NCBI GenBank assembly: GCA_020639235.1
Contig: JACKHC010000002.1
Location: forward strand, 116,841-180,840
From: Phycisphaeraceae bacterium
Lineage (GTDB): Bacteria; Planctomycetota; Phycisphaerae; Phycisphaerales; UBA1924
Reading direction: 5' to 3'
DNA length: 64,000 nucleotides
Both the position numbers and the translations under genes were made by a program. Numbering within the stretch: the first letter of the stretch is position 1; every line of letters begins with the position of its first letter. The notes beneath the pieces were generated by a model. It worked only from the letters and a program-made list of their open reading frames with translations. It made no database searches and was not told the DNA's origin. Positions 55,699 through 64,000 of this stretch are shown here, in pieces.

Positions 55699-56760
55699 AT
55701 GTCCAGGAAGTCGCTTGTTGGGTTCGGATTGATCGCGATGCTCTCGACCGGCGCGCTGGTGGGCGTTGCAGCGCCAGCGCACGCGGAGCGACCGCCCGCG
55801 CAGATCGGCGGCAAAATGAGCGCCCCGCCGCTAGCGATCGATGACGCCGAACTCGACTTCGGCGATGTGGCGACGCGCTCGAAGGTGACCGGCAGCATCC
55901 GGGTTCGGAATGTAGGTGACGAGCCGGTGGTTGTGACCGATACGAGCAGCGACTGCTCGTGTACGGCGCTGTTGACGGATGGGTACGCGGTGATCGAACC
56001 GGGCAAGGACCTCGTGTTTGATGTGTCGATCGAGACACGGGACATGGGCGTGATGACGCAAAAGGTCCGGCTGATCTGCGAGGGGTTCGGGCGGCCCTTC
56101 GAGACGATTGTGCGCGCGAACGTGACCGAGAAAGTCGAGGTCAATCCCGACGGCGTCAAGGCGTTGGTGCAGCCGATGGGCCTGCTCACGTTGAAGTCGA
56201 TCGATGATCGTCCGTTCCATGTACTGAGCGTGCACGGGGGCAAGCCGCAGTTCGTGGGCTTTGATCCCGAGAACGATGAGGCGAAGTCGCTCTACCGCGT
56301 CGTCTACGACTTCACGATGCTCCCGAAGGAGGAGATTCCCAGCGTCGTGGTGGTCGAGACGGATCATCCGGACGCCCCCTTTGTGGCGATCCGTTACTTC
56401 TCGAAGGGTAAGATCGAGCCGCAGGACCGCGAGTCCAGCGCCAAGGTCTGGAAGAAAGAATACGACTTTGATTATGTGCATCGGTTGGTGCCCGGAGAGT
56501 CGGCGGAGATTCAAGTGCGCGTGGCCAAGGCGGGGCGGGCATCGCGTGAGAACGAGCTGAAGGTCTCCTCGGACAACGAACTGCTGGGCGTCGAGATGGT
56601 GGGGGTGGACCTGGACAGCGATCCGAAGTGGGCGATCGCGACGGTGCGCGTTACGGCGTCTGTCGAGGCCGAGGGATTCCAGGCGGCGACACTGACATTC
56701 ACGCTCGGCGAGGACCGTCGATGCGAGTCGCAGTTATTTACCCGGGTGGTCGGAGGGTGA
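55699..56760 (+). CDS. secreted DUF1573 domain protein
   Basis: Signal peptide 'LIAMLSTGALVGVAAPAHA'; 'LDFGDVATRSKVTGSIRVRNVGDEPVVVTDTSSDCSCT'; ATG 55699 preceded by GGAGGAG. The track ORF start 55204 overlaps sdhB and was rejected. Confidence 0.65.
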   Translation: MSRKSLVGFGLIAMLSTGALVGVAAPAHAERPPAQIGGKMSAPPLAIDDAELDFGDVATRSKVTGSIRVRNVGDEPVVVTDTSSDCSCTALLTDGYAVIEPGKDLVFDVSIETRDMGVMTQKVRLICEGFGRPFETIVRANVTEKVEVNPDGVKALVQPMGLLTLKSIDDRPFHVLSVHGGKPQFVGFDPENDEAKSLYRVVYDFTMLPKEEIPSVVVVETDHPDAPFVAIRYFSKGKIEPQDRESSAKVWKKEYDFDYVHRLVPGESAEIQVRVAKAGRASRENELKVSSDNELLGVEMVGVDLDSDPKWAIATVRVTASVEAEGFQAATLTFTLGEDRRCESQLFTRVVGG

Positions 56761-56966
56761 GGGCACGACTTGCGGGAATCTGACGGGGGGCGCGAAAGTC
56801 CGTCGGCGGGGGTGACGATCACAGTGGTGGAGTGAGTTGCAAGCCGGACGGCCGAGATGCCGCCCGGTCCTCGGTTACTTGCCAATTTCAGGCCCGGTCA
56901 ATCCGCGGTGTTCGCGGGGCGCGATCGGTGCGCTCGAACATGATCAGAACTCAGGAGTCAAAGACG

Positions 56967-57470
56967 ATGTTCACGAACTTCAACAACCAGTTTGGTTATA
57001 CGCCCTCGTTCAACGGTTTCTGCACCCCCTTCAATCAGTTCGGCGGCTTCAACTACGGCTTCACGCCGTTCTCGACGCCCTCGTTCGCGCCCGCCTCGAA
57101 CTGGCAGGGCGGCTACTGGAACACGACCCCGACGTTCCAGACCCCCTCCTACGGCTTCAATCCGTGGAACTGCTGGACGCCCGGCTTCGCGCCGAGCAAT
57201 CAGTTCTCCGGCTTCGGGTACTCGCCCGAGTTCGCCTACAGCAACGCGTGGTCGACCCCGTCCTACAACTTCGCGCCCGTGACGGGCTTCGCCACCCCGT
57301 GGCAGAGCTACGCTCCGCAGTCGCAGTACGGCTTCAATGGCTCGTACACCCCCTCCACCAATCCGTGGAACTACTCGACGACGGGTAACGCGTGGAACGG
57401 CGTGACCAATGGTCAGTGCTCGCCCAGCGGCTATCCGACCCAGTCGGGCCCCTGCCGCTCGGCGGCGTGA
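56967..57470 (+). CDS. uncharged aromatic/Asn/Gly/Pro/Ser/Thr low-complexity protein (FG/GF-type), no known family
   Basis: ATG 56967 preceded by AGGAG (56953-56957); third codon positions are almost all C/G in this frame; a strong terminator follows. Confidence 0.6.
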   Translation: MFTNFNNQFGYTPSFNGFCTPFNQFGGFNYGFTPFSTPSFAPASNWQGGYWNTTPTFQTPSYGFNPWNCWTPGFAPSNQFSGFGYSPEFAYSNAWSTPSYNFAPVTGFATPWQSYAPQSQYGFNGSYTPSTNPWNYSTTGNAWNGVTNGQCSPSGYPTQSGPCRSAA

Positions 57471-57522
57471 TGCGGCTCCGATCGCGTCCACGACCCGCGA
57501 TCGGTCAACTCAGTGAGACTCA

Positions 57523-57560
57523 CCGGGTGTGCCGCCCCGCGGCGCGCCCGGTTGTTTTTT
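57523..57560 (+). terminator. intrinsic terminator
   Basis: 13-bp stem CCGGGUGUGCCGC/GCGGCGCGCCCGG (two G-U pairs), CCC loop, immediately followed by TTGTTTTTT. Confidence 0.7.
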
Positions 57561-57645
57561 GGCTTCGGGTGGGCCGCCCTCACGCGGGGTGCTACATTTT
57601 CCCGATCACAAGGCGTGGGGATCGAGTCTGAGGCGAAGGAGTTGC

Positions 57646-60600
57646 ATGGTGAAGGGCAGTTCATTCTCAGGGACAGGTCGGCGTCCGCGCCCGGAGCCGG
57701 TGGTTTTCGAAGCGCTGGAGCCGCGGATTCTGCTGAGTGCGAACCCGGTGAATGTGATCGATGTCTTTGCGGACAACCGCGGGTTCATCACGCTTCAGAT
57801 GGACCAGAACATCAGCAACAGCACGGTGACCAACTCATCGGTGCAGATGTTCACGGCGGGCAACGACGGGCTGCTGGGGACCGCCGACGACCAGCTGGTC
57901 GTCCGGACGGTTCGGTACAGCGCCTCGGATCGGACCATCCGGATCGAGTCCAACCTTGACGCGGACACCCCCTACCGCGTCCGCCTGATCAGTTCGATCA
58001 TCCGCGGCGAGAACGGATGCCTGCTCGACGGCGAGTTCAACGGCGTCGGCGTGCCCTCGGGCGATGGCATTGAGGGCGGAGATTTCGAGATCTTCACGCG
58101 CCGCGCCGTGGTCCCGATCGCGCGATTCACGACGCTGACCGGTATCGTGGACGTGGAGTTGTTCGACAACCAGACGCCGCTGACCGTCGCCAACTTCCTG
58201 GCGTACGCGAACGCGGGCGACTGGGACAACACGTTCTTCCACCGCCTCGTCGAGGACTTCGTGCTCCAGGGCGGCGGTTTCCAGGCGACCTCCTCGTTCC
58301 CGAGCATCCCGCAGATGGCGGCGGTGCAGAACGAGCCGGGCATTTCCAACCTGTTCGGCACGATCGCCATGGCGAAGCTGGGCGGGAACCCGAACTCGGC
58401 GACGAACCAGTGGTTCTTCAACCTACGGGACAACTCGGAGAACCTTGACAATCAGAACGGCGGATTCACGGTGTTCGGCGAGGTGACGGGCTCGGAGAGT
58501 TTCGCCACACTGGCGCGGCTCGCGAACTTCATGACCGTCGATGCGTCGGGGCAGAACGGCGCCTTCACGGATCTACCGGTGCAGGACACCGACCGTGTGG
58601 ATGAGAACGGCGGGACAGTGGTGCCGAGCGATGTGCTCTCGGTATCCCGCATCGCGATTCTGATGGATATCACGGGCGAGCCGTTCCAGCAGCTGGACGA
58701 GGATAACTCGATCACATTCGTGAACAACGCGGGCGATGTGACGGTCCGCGTGTTCGCGCTCGATGGCTTCCCCGCCGATGCGCTGGAGCCCTTTATTCGT
58801 GTGAACTTCGGCTCGGGCCGTTCGATCGACGCGGTGACAATCCTCAATGGGATGCCCGACCGTCGCTTCGGCGTGCAGATCGATGGCGCCACAGTGCTGC
58901 AGAAGTTCGCGGATCAGCGTCGAACCGATGACGGCGATCTGGCGTTCATCGTGAGCGACTCCCGAATCGAGTCGATCAACCTCCGGTACGGCATCTCCGG
59001 CGAGAATCTCAACGGATTCGTGCTCCCCGGCGGGCTGCGCTTCGACGCCGACATCGACGGCGACAACATCGTTTCGGACCTGACGGCGGTCTTCGTGCCC
59101 GCCGGCAACTCGAACCTGTTCTCCGTGGGCGGTGACCTGTCCGGTGATGCGCTGTTCCTGGGCGGGCTGAACCGCGTGAATGTGCGCGGCGAGGTGAACA
59201 ACTCGGACATCCGAATCGGTGCCGGCAACCTCAACCGCCTGCTCGCGACATTCCGCAATGTGATCGATGCGCGCCTGGTGAGCGATGCGCCCATCAGCAT
59301 GGTCCGCGCGTCGGAGTGGAGTGTGCTGGAGACGCTGCGCGGCTCGATCTCGGCGCCGTCACTCCAGCGCCTCATCATCACGGGCGACAACGGGCAAGGG
59401 CTCGCGGGCAACTTCAACGCTGATATCGACCTGAGCGGCGACGACAATGTGCGCACGCTGGCGAACGCGAACATCCGGGGCAGCGTCCTGAGTTCCGATT
59501 GGGATATCACGGGAGACCTCGGGAATGTGAGCGTCCGGGGCGGTTCGTCCGGGTGGGAACTCATCGTCACGGGTGACGCTTCGACGTTCCGGCTGGATCG
59601 CCTGAAGGACACGACGATCAACGTGTCGGGTGTCGCCAGGACGCTCCGCGCGATCGATTGGACCGGGGGCGAGTTCAGAGCGCGGGAGATGAGATCGATC
59701 CTGATCACCGGTCGCAACTCGGACAACCTCGCGGGTAATCTCTCGGCGGACATCGTCGTCGGAGCGCCGGGTGTTGATAACGCGCTTCGCCTGCTGCGTG
59801 TCAACGGCGATGCGACGGACCTCTCGATCGACTTCGACGGCAATGTGCGCTCGGTGCTGGTGCGCGGCGACCTGAGGGACGCGACGCTCACCTCGATCAA
59901 CGACATCCAGACCCTGAGTTTCGGCGAAATCCGCAACTCCGATGTGAACATGCAGGGTGTCTCGAGGTCGCTGCGGTTCATCGACTGGATCGGCGGCACA
60001 CTGCTCGGCTTCCGGTATGACTCGATCGTCGCCACCGGGAACCAGGCGACCGCATCGCCGGGCAACTTCTTCGCGGATGTGGACGCTTCCAGCGCGGGCT
60101 CGATGACGCTGGACCGGGGCGGGAGTTTCGTGGGGTCGTTCGAGATGAACTTCATCGACGACTTCCGAGTGACCGGTGAAGTGCGAGACTCGTTCTTCGT
60201 GTTCACCGCGACGCCCGCGGGCCGGCCCGTGACGATCGGGCGGTTCGAGGTCACGGAGCAGATTCTCAACACCGACATCCGTTCGGCGGGGAACGTGCAG
60301 TCGTTGATCACGCCGGTGATGATCAACTCCGGCCTGTACGCGGGCATGCCCGAAGGCACGCTCGGCCTGCCGGACTCGAACCCGAACGTGAACCCGAACA
60401 TCACGATCGAGTCGGTCGTGATCGGCGTGTTGGGATCGAACCAGTTCAACTTCGTGAACAGCTACATCGTCGCGCCGCGCATTGACAGCGCGCTGGTCTT
60501 CTATCCCGATACCGCAAACCTCGGTCAGCCGCACGGGATCGCGGCGAACACGATCGGGTTCGTCGATACGCGGATTCTGGGCGGCGGGCGTCAGCGGGCA

Positions 60601-60672
60601 ACGAACCCGGGCGCCTCGCTCGATCCGATCGGTGATTACCAGGTGCGCGTCGGGTTCCTGCCCCCCGCATAA
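57646..60672 (+). CDS. giant secreted protein: 'ALEPRILLSA' N-terminal motif + cyclophilin-type PPIase domain + repeat (beta-helix-like) region
   Basis: ATG 57646 preceded by AAGGAG. Cyclophilin motifs 'VELFDNQTPLTVANFLAY', 'FHRLVEDFVLQGGGF', 'GTIAMAKLGGNPNSATNQWFFNL', 'FTVFGEV'. About three ~110-aa modules beginning '[IL]ITG..', 'SILITG..', 'SIVATG..'. Confidence 0.8.
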   Translation: MVKGSSFSGTGRRPRPEPVVFEALEPRILLSANPVNVIDVFADNRGFITLQMDQNISNSTVTNSSVQMFTAGNDGLLGTADDQLVVRTVRYSASDRTIRIESNLDADTPYRVRLISSIIRGENGCLLDGEFNGVGVPSGDGIEGGDFEIFTRRAVVPIARFTTLTGIVDVELFDNQTPLTVANFLAYANAGDWDNTFFHRLVEDFVLQGGGFQATSSFPSIPQMAAVQNEPGISNLFGTIAMAKLGGNPNSATNQWFFNLRDNSENLDNQNGGFTVFGEVTGSESFATLARLANFMTVDASGQNGAFTDLPVQDTDRVDENGGTVVPSDVLSVSRIAILMDITGEPFQQLDEDNSITFVNNAGDVTVRVFALDGFPADALEPFIRVNFGSGRSIDAVTILNGMPDRRFGVQIDGATVLQKFADQRRTDDGDLAFIVSDSRIESINLRYGISGENLNGFVLPGGLRFDADIDGDNIVSDLTAVFVPAGNSNLFSVGGDLSGDALFLGGLNRVNVRGEVNNSDIRIGAGNLNRLLATFRNVIDARLVSDAPISMVRASEWSVLETLRGSISAPSLQRLIITGDNGQGLAGNFNADIDLSGDDNVRTLANANIRGSVLSSDWDITGDLGNVSVRGGSSGWELIVTGDASTFRLDRLKDTTINVSGVARTLRAIDWTGGEFRAREMRSILITGRNSDNLAGNLSADIVVGAPGVDNALRLLRVNGDATDLSIDFDGNVRSVLVRGDLRDATLTSINDIQTLSFGEIRNSDVNMQGVSRSLRFIDWIGGTLLGFRYDSIVATGNQATASPGNFFADVDASSAGSMTLDRGGSFVGSFEMNFIDDFRVTGEVRDSFFVFTATPAGRPVTIGRFEVTEQILNTDIRSAGNVQSLITPVMINSGLYAGMPEGTLGLPDSNPNVNPNITIESVVIGVLGSNQFNFVNSYIVAPRIDSALVFYPDTANLGQPHGIAANTIGFVDTRILGGGRQRATNPGASLDPIGDYQVRVGFLPPA

Positions 60673-60678
60673 GCGGAC

Positions 60679-62139
60679 TCATTCGGCCGCGAGTCCGGAC
60701 TTCTCTCGAATCCAATCGCGGATCATCTCGATCACGCGCGGGTGGATGGTCTGCTCGATCTGCGCGTACTCGTCGATCGTGCCCTTGGTGCACTCCTGGA
60801 ACATGTGATTGAGGCCGGGCAACTCGCGGATCGTGACGTCCGCGTTGCCCGCGGCTTCGAGCGCAGCGCGAATCTCCGGAAGGTTCTGCGAGGGCACGAC
60901 CTGAACATCCTTGGAGCCGTTGATGGCCAGCACCGGACAGGTCACCCGGCGGAGGGCGACGCGGGGATCGTGATCGACGAATGAGACGAACCACGGGCTC
61001 GTCACCATCGCGGTCTGCGCCTGCGTCATCTCGTCCAGCGCTTCTTCTTCGAGATTGGGCATCTGGCGCTTGAGCGCACCGCGGACATGCTCGGTGAGCT
61101 CGTCGCGGCGTTCGGCGTCGTGGATGAGTTCGAGCGTCTTCTTCTGGTCGGCGAGCTGGCGGGCGATCTCGGCGGGCTGTACGCCCGACGCTTCGAGGAT
61201 CGCGCGAACTTGCACCTTTAGAACATCGCCGCCCGGCACGCCGGTGCCGGCCATGAGCACGATGAAGGCGACATCGGGGGATCGCGATGCGACGAGGGGC
61301 GCGATGATGCCGCCCTCGGAGTGACCGATCAGGCCGATGTGATCGATGTCGATCGAGGGCATCTCCTTGAGCAGCGCGATCGCGCCCAGCACATCACCCG
61401 CGAACGTGTCCGCCGTCGCGCGGGAGATGTCTCCCTCGGAACCGCCCACGCCGCGGTCGTCATAGCGCAGCGAGGCGATGCCGTGGCGCGCAAGGTCGTC
61501 GGCCAGCACGAGGAAGGGCTTGTGATCGAAGATGGTCTCGTCGCGGTCCTGTGCGCCCGAGCCGGTGATGAAGACGACCGCGGGGTGCGGGCCGTCTCCC
61601 TCCGGGATGCAGATCGTGCCCACGAGTCCGGCGTCGTCGGCCCGGCTCCGGAACTCCACCTCGGAAGTTTCGTAGGGGAATGGCGGCTTGGGCGTCTGGG
61701 GTCGGTTGACGGTTGTATCCACTTCCTCGCCCGCGAGGAGTTTCGAGAGTTTGGCTGGGAACTCCATGCCGTTCTGTTTCAGCAGTCCCTCGGCGGCGGT
61801 GGCGTCCGCATTGATTGAAAGATCCCAGACAGCGCCGACGAGTTTCCATTCAAGGACGAACTTGCCCGCGTCGAGCGACACGGAGTCGAGCGCGGTATCC
61901 GAGACCATCTGCGCGGGTATGGAGATCGTGGCCGCGAGGTCGCCCGTGTCCCGGCGCGTGACCTTGAAGATCATGCGCAGTTGCTGGCCGAAGACATCGA
62001 CGTGCCCGTCCCACGTGCCGACCACATCGGCGGCCGTTGCGACAGCGGCATCTTCGGGCGCTTCAGCGCGGAGCAACGCAGCGGGCGCGATAAGGATCGC
62101 TGAGAGGGACAAGAGTGCGGCGGTGAGGGTCGGGCGCAT
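60679..62139 (-). CDS. secreted alpha/beta hydrolase (serine hydrolase)
   Basis: Signal peptide 'MRPTLTAALLSLSAILIAPAALLRA'; nucleophile elbow 'GLIGHSEGG'. The track ORF was trimmed to ATG 62139. Confidence 0.8.
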   Translation of the reverse strand: MRPTLTAALLSLSAILIAPAALLRAEAPEDAAVATAADVVGTWDGHVDVFGQQLRMIFKVTRRDTGDLAATISIPAQMVSDTALDSVSLDAGKFVLEWKLVGAVWDLSINADATAAEGLLKQNGMEFPAKLSKLLAGEEVDTTVNRPQTPKPPFPYETSEVEFRSRADDAGLVGTICIPEGDGPHPAVVFITGSGAQDRDETIFDHKPFLVLADDLARHGIASLRYDDRGVGGSEGDISRATADTFAGDVLGAIALLKEMPSIDIDHIGLIGHSEGGIIAPLVASRSPDVAFIVLMAGTGVPGGDVLKVQVRAILEASGVQPAEIARQLADQKKTLELIHDAERRDELTEHVRGALKRQMPNLEEEALDEMTQAQTAMVTSPWFVSFVDHDPRVALRRVTCPVLAINGSKDVQVVPSQNLPEIRAALEAAGNADVTIRELPGLNHMFQECTKGTIDEYAQIEQTIHPRVIEMIRDWIREKSGLAAE

Positions 62140-62273
62140 GGGGAGCTCCGGGGAAGATAGGTGGTTCCGGTAAGGGTATTCCGATTCCGGCCGGGCGCGT
62201 TGCATGGGCTGCCGGCGGGCCATCGGGGCGGATTCCGCTGGCGGCGTGGGCAGGGGCGGGGAATACTGCGACG

Positions 62274-63761
62274 GTGTCGGTGACGCGAGCGACCCTGTTT
62301 CTGAGTTTGGTGCTGACCCTGGCGTGCGCCGGGGCGTGGGGCGACACGTGCGCGCTGCGGGCGTTGGAGGCGGCGTCCCCCGAGGCGGCAACAGGAACAC
62401 TCGGTTCGTCTGTCGCGGGCGCGGGCGGCCTGGTGGTGACAGGTGCGCCCTATTCGAACGCGAGCGGATTTGAGTCGGGAGCCGCGTTCGTGTTCCGCGT
62501 GGTCGATCACGAACTCGTCCTGGGTGAAGCGCTGACGGCGCCCGGCGTCGGGAGCGGGGATCGCTTCGGATTCGCGGTGGCGACGGATGGCTTTTTGATC
62601 GCCGTGGGCTCTCCGGACGACTCGGGCTTGGCGTCCGGTTCCGGAAGCGTGCGCGTCTTCCGCGAGGCGGGCGGTAACTGGTCGAGTGTCGGCGTGGTGC
62701 TCGCCCCGGACGGTGGAACGGAGGATCGATTCGGCGCTTCGGTCGCAATAGATGGAAACACGCTCGTCATCGGCGCTCCGTCGCGCGGCGAGGATGATGC
62801 GGGCGCCGTTTATGTCTTTGCGTGGGATGGTGCATCATGGACGCACACGCAAACGATCGTCGCGGGCGACTCGGACTCGGGGGATCGCTTCGGAACATCG
62901 GTCTCGATCGACGGGAACCGATTGCTGATCGGCGCGTTCGCGGACGATGAGGGCGGCGAGGACGCGGGGGCCGGGTACATCTACGATCGCGTCGCGGGCG
63001 TGTGGGTGTTGGGCGCGAAGCTGATCTCGGCAAGCGGCGCGGCGGCGGACCTCATAGGTTGGTCATCGGCGCTCTCGGGAGACATCGCGGTGCTCGGGGC
63101 GCCCGGGCGCGACGCCGGCGGCTCACAGGCGGGCGGCGCGGTCGTGTTCGACTATCAGGGCGGCGTGTGGGTTGAACAGGGCACGCTGGTGGGCTCCGGC
63201 ACTAGCGCGTTCGACAGGCGCGGATCGAGCGTTGCGGTCGAAGACGGCCTCGTGATTCTCGGTGCACCACGGGATGACGCCGACGGCGCGAACTCGGGGA
63301 GCGCCTCGGTCTTTGCCCGCTCGAGCGGTGTGTGGCACGAAGTCGCGTTTGTGCGGCCCTCACCGGGCAACGCCGGCGCGGAGCTCGGTGCCGGTGTGGC
63401 GCTCGCCGATGGGCTAGGCGTGTTCGGTGCGCCCAAGGCGGCGGGCGGCGATGGGCGTCTGTTCGTGCTTCCTGCGATCGACGATTGCGATGCCTCGGGC
63501 GCGCTCGATGCCTGCGAAGTGGCCTCCGGTGCGCTCGCGGACGAGAACGGCGACCTCGTGCCCGATGCATGTGCACCGCCGCCGTGCCCCGGCGACGCGA
63601 CCGGCAACGGCGTCGTGGATGTGCGGGACTTGAATCTGGTGCTGGCGTTCTGGGGTCAACAGCCCTACGAGCCATTCCAGAGCGCGGACATCACCGGCGA
63701 TGGGTTCGTCGATGTGGATGACCTCAATGTCGTGCTCACGAGTTGGGGATGTCGGCGCTAA
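62274..63761 (+). CDS. FG-GAP-like beta-propeller repeat protein with C-terminal dockerin-like module
   Basis: Signal peptide; repeated 'DRFG.SV(A/S)(I/T)DG..L(V/L)IGAP..D...GA.Y(V/I)F' units; C-terminus 'GNGVVDVRDLNLVLAFWG...GDGFVDVDDLNVVLTSWGCRR'. Confidence 0.7.
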   Translation: MSVTRATLFLSLVLTLACAGAWGDTCALRALEAASPEAATGTLGSSVAGAGGLVVTGAPYSNASGFESGAAFVFRVVDHELVLGEALTAPGVGSGDRFGFAVATDGFLIAVGSPDDSGLASGSGSVRVFREAGGNWSSVGVVLAPDGGTEDRFGASVAIDGNTLVIGAPSRGEDDAGAVYVFAWDGASWTHTQTIVAGDSDSGDRFGTSVSIDGNRLLIGAFADDEGGEDAGAGYIYDRVAGVWVLGAKLISASGAAADLIGWSSALSGDIAVLGAPGRDAGGSQAGGAVVFDYQGGVWVEQGTLVGSGTSAFDRRGSSVAVEDGLVILGAPRDDADGANSGSASVFARSSGVWHEVAFVRPSPGNAGAELGAGVALADGLGVFGAPKAAGGDGRLFVLPAIDDCDASGALDACEVASGALADENGDLVPDACAPPPCPGDATGNGVVDVRDLNLVLAFWGQQPYEPFQSADITGDGFVDVDDLNVVLTSWGCRR

Positions 63762-63764
63762 CGC

Positions 63765-64000
63765 TCAACTCCCGAATCGATTCGGCAGGAAGCTGGCGAA
63801 CGTGCGCACAGAGTCCCGAGAGATCGTCGCCAGCGCGCTGAGTTCCCGGCGGAGGGGGTCGAGCATGCTATCGGTGGCGTCATCGATGGCGACCACGACC
63901 GCCGGGTCGATCTCGGACCGGTGGTGCGTGTTGTCGGCCAGCGGCGGAGCCGGCACCGCCGCATCTCGAGTATTGAACGAGACCGCCGTCAGCACAGTAA
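63765..64000 (-). CDS. hypothetical protein, 3' end only (gene probably starts beyond the window)
   Basis: Open frame to the window edge with high GC3; no domain recognised. Confidence 0.3.
   Translation of the reverse strand, partial: TVLTAVSFNTRDAAVPAPPLADNTHHRSEIDPAVVVAIDDATDSMLDPLRRELSALATISRDSVRTFASFLPNRFGS

Noticed and set aside
56820-56850. Possible sigma-54 promoter (TGG...TTGCA in GTGGTGGAGTGAGTTGCAAG) upstream of the low-complexity gene
   Set aside because: The GG-to-GC spacing is 13 or 10 nt instead of the canonical 12, and the -24 element is not TGGCAC-like.
56832-57491. Alternative long ORFs overlapping the low-complexity gene (56837..57388 +, 56992..57282 +, 56958..57491 -) and the upstream extension from 56832
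   Set aside because: Their third codon positions do not show the C/G bias seen in the 56967 frame. They lack SD/start context. The extension upstream of 56967 has no support.
58452-60534. Several 146-511-aa minus-strand ORFs inside the giant gene
   Set aside because: Antisense to a gene with clear cyclophilin motifs and a repeat structure. Ser/Arg/Pro-rich translations.
62140-62748. N-terminal extension of the 689-aa ORF 60679..62748
   Set aside because: Overlaps the FG-GAP gene in antisense. A signal peptide begins at MRPTLTAALL (ATG 62139).

Overview
High-GC bacterial chromosomal segment (hand-counted 60-nt lines mostly give 65-72% GC). It is gene-dense on both strands, and many gene pairs share ATGA/GTGA/TTGA stop-start overlaps. 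I support about 65 protein genes and one SRP RNA. I recognised no rRNA, tRNA, CRISPR array, transposase or integrase. All calls come from motif recognition by eye on the supplied ORF track and sequence; no database search was run.

Content is mainly housekeeping:
- gltX, glnS, metG, queD, ftsH
- the conserved ffs-dnaX-ybaB-recR block
- rpoN, pgsA-pgpA, comM/yifB, hppA, rpsU, rsfS, sdhCAB, tag
- an LptE-like/BamD-like pair

Lineage hints (inference only) point to a Planctomycetota-like organism: a giant protein with an 'ALEPRILLSA' N-terminal motif, dockerin-like C-terminal modules, DUF1573, a HAF-repeat protein with a PEP-CTERM-like tail, and several sulfotransferases.

Most notable observations:
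1. dnaX is split at a perfect A_AAA_AAA heptamer. The tau-type C-terminal domain continues in the -1 frame, the reverse of the E. coli arrangement.
2. A stand-alone, terminator-bounded gene encodes a 167-aa uncharged F/W/Y/N/G/P/S/T low-complexity (FG/GF-type) protein. It lies just upstream of a 1008-aa cyclophilin/repeat giant protein.
3. A cluster of three PAPS-motif sulfotransferases (two are tandem paralogs) plus a GT2 glycosyltransferase.
4. Two families of intergenic repeat elements. One of them supplies the 3' end of a sulfotransferase gene.
5. An hppA gene with a roughly 130-aa soluble insertion.
6. A YtrA-type GntR operator facing a translationally coupled operon for a membrane Rieske/ferric-reductase-like protein.
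7. Two lower-GC islets carrying an HAF-repeat surface protein and an orphan gene.

Many long ORFs in the track are antisense or GC-driven artefacts and were rejected.
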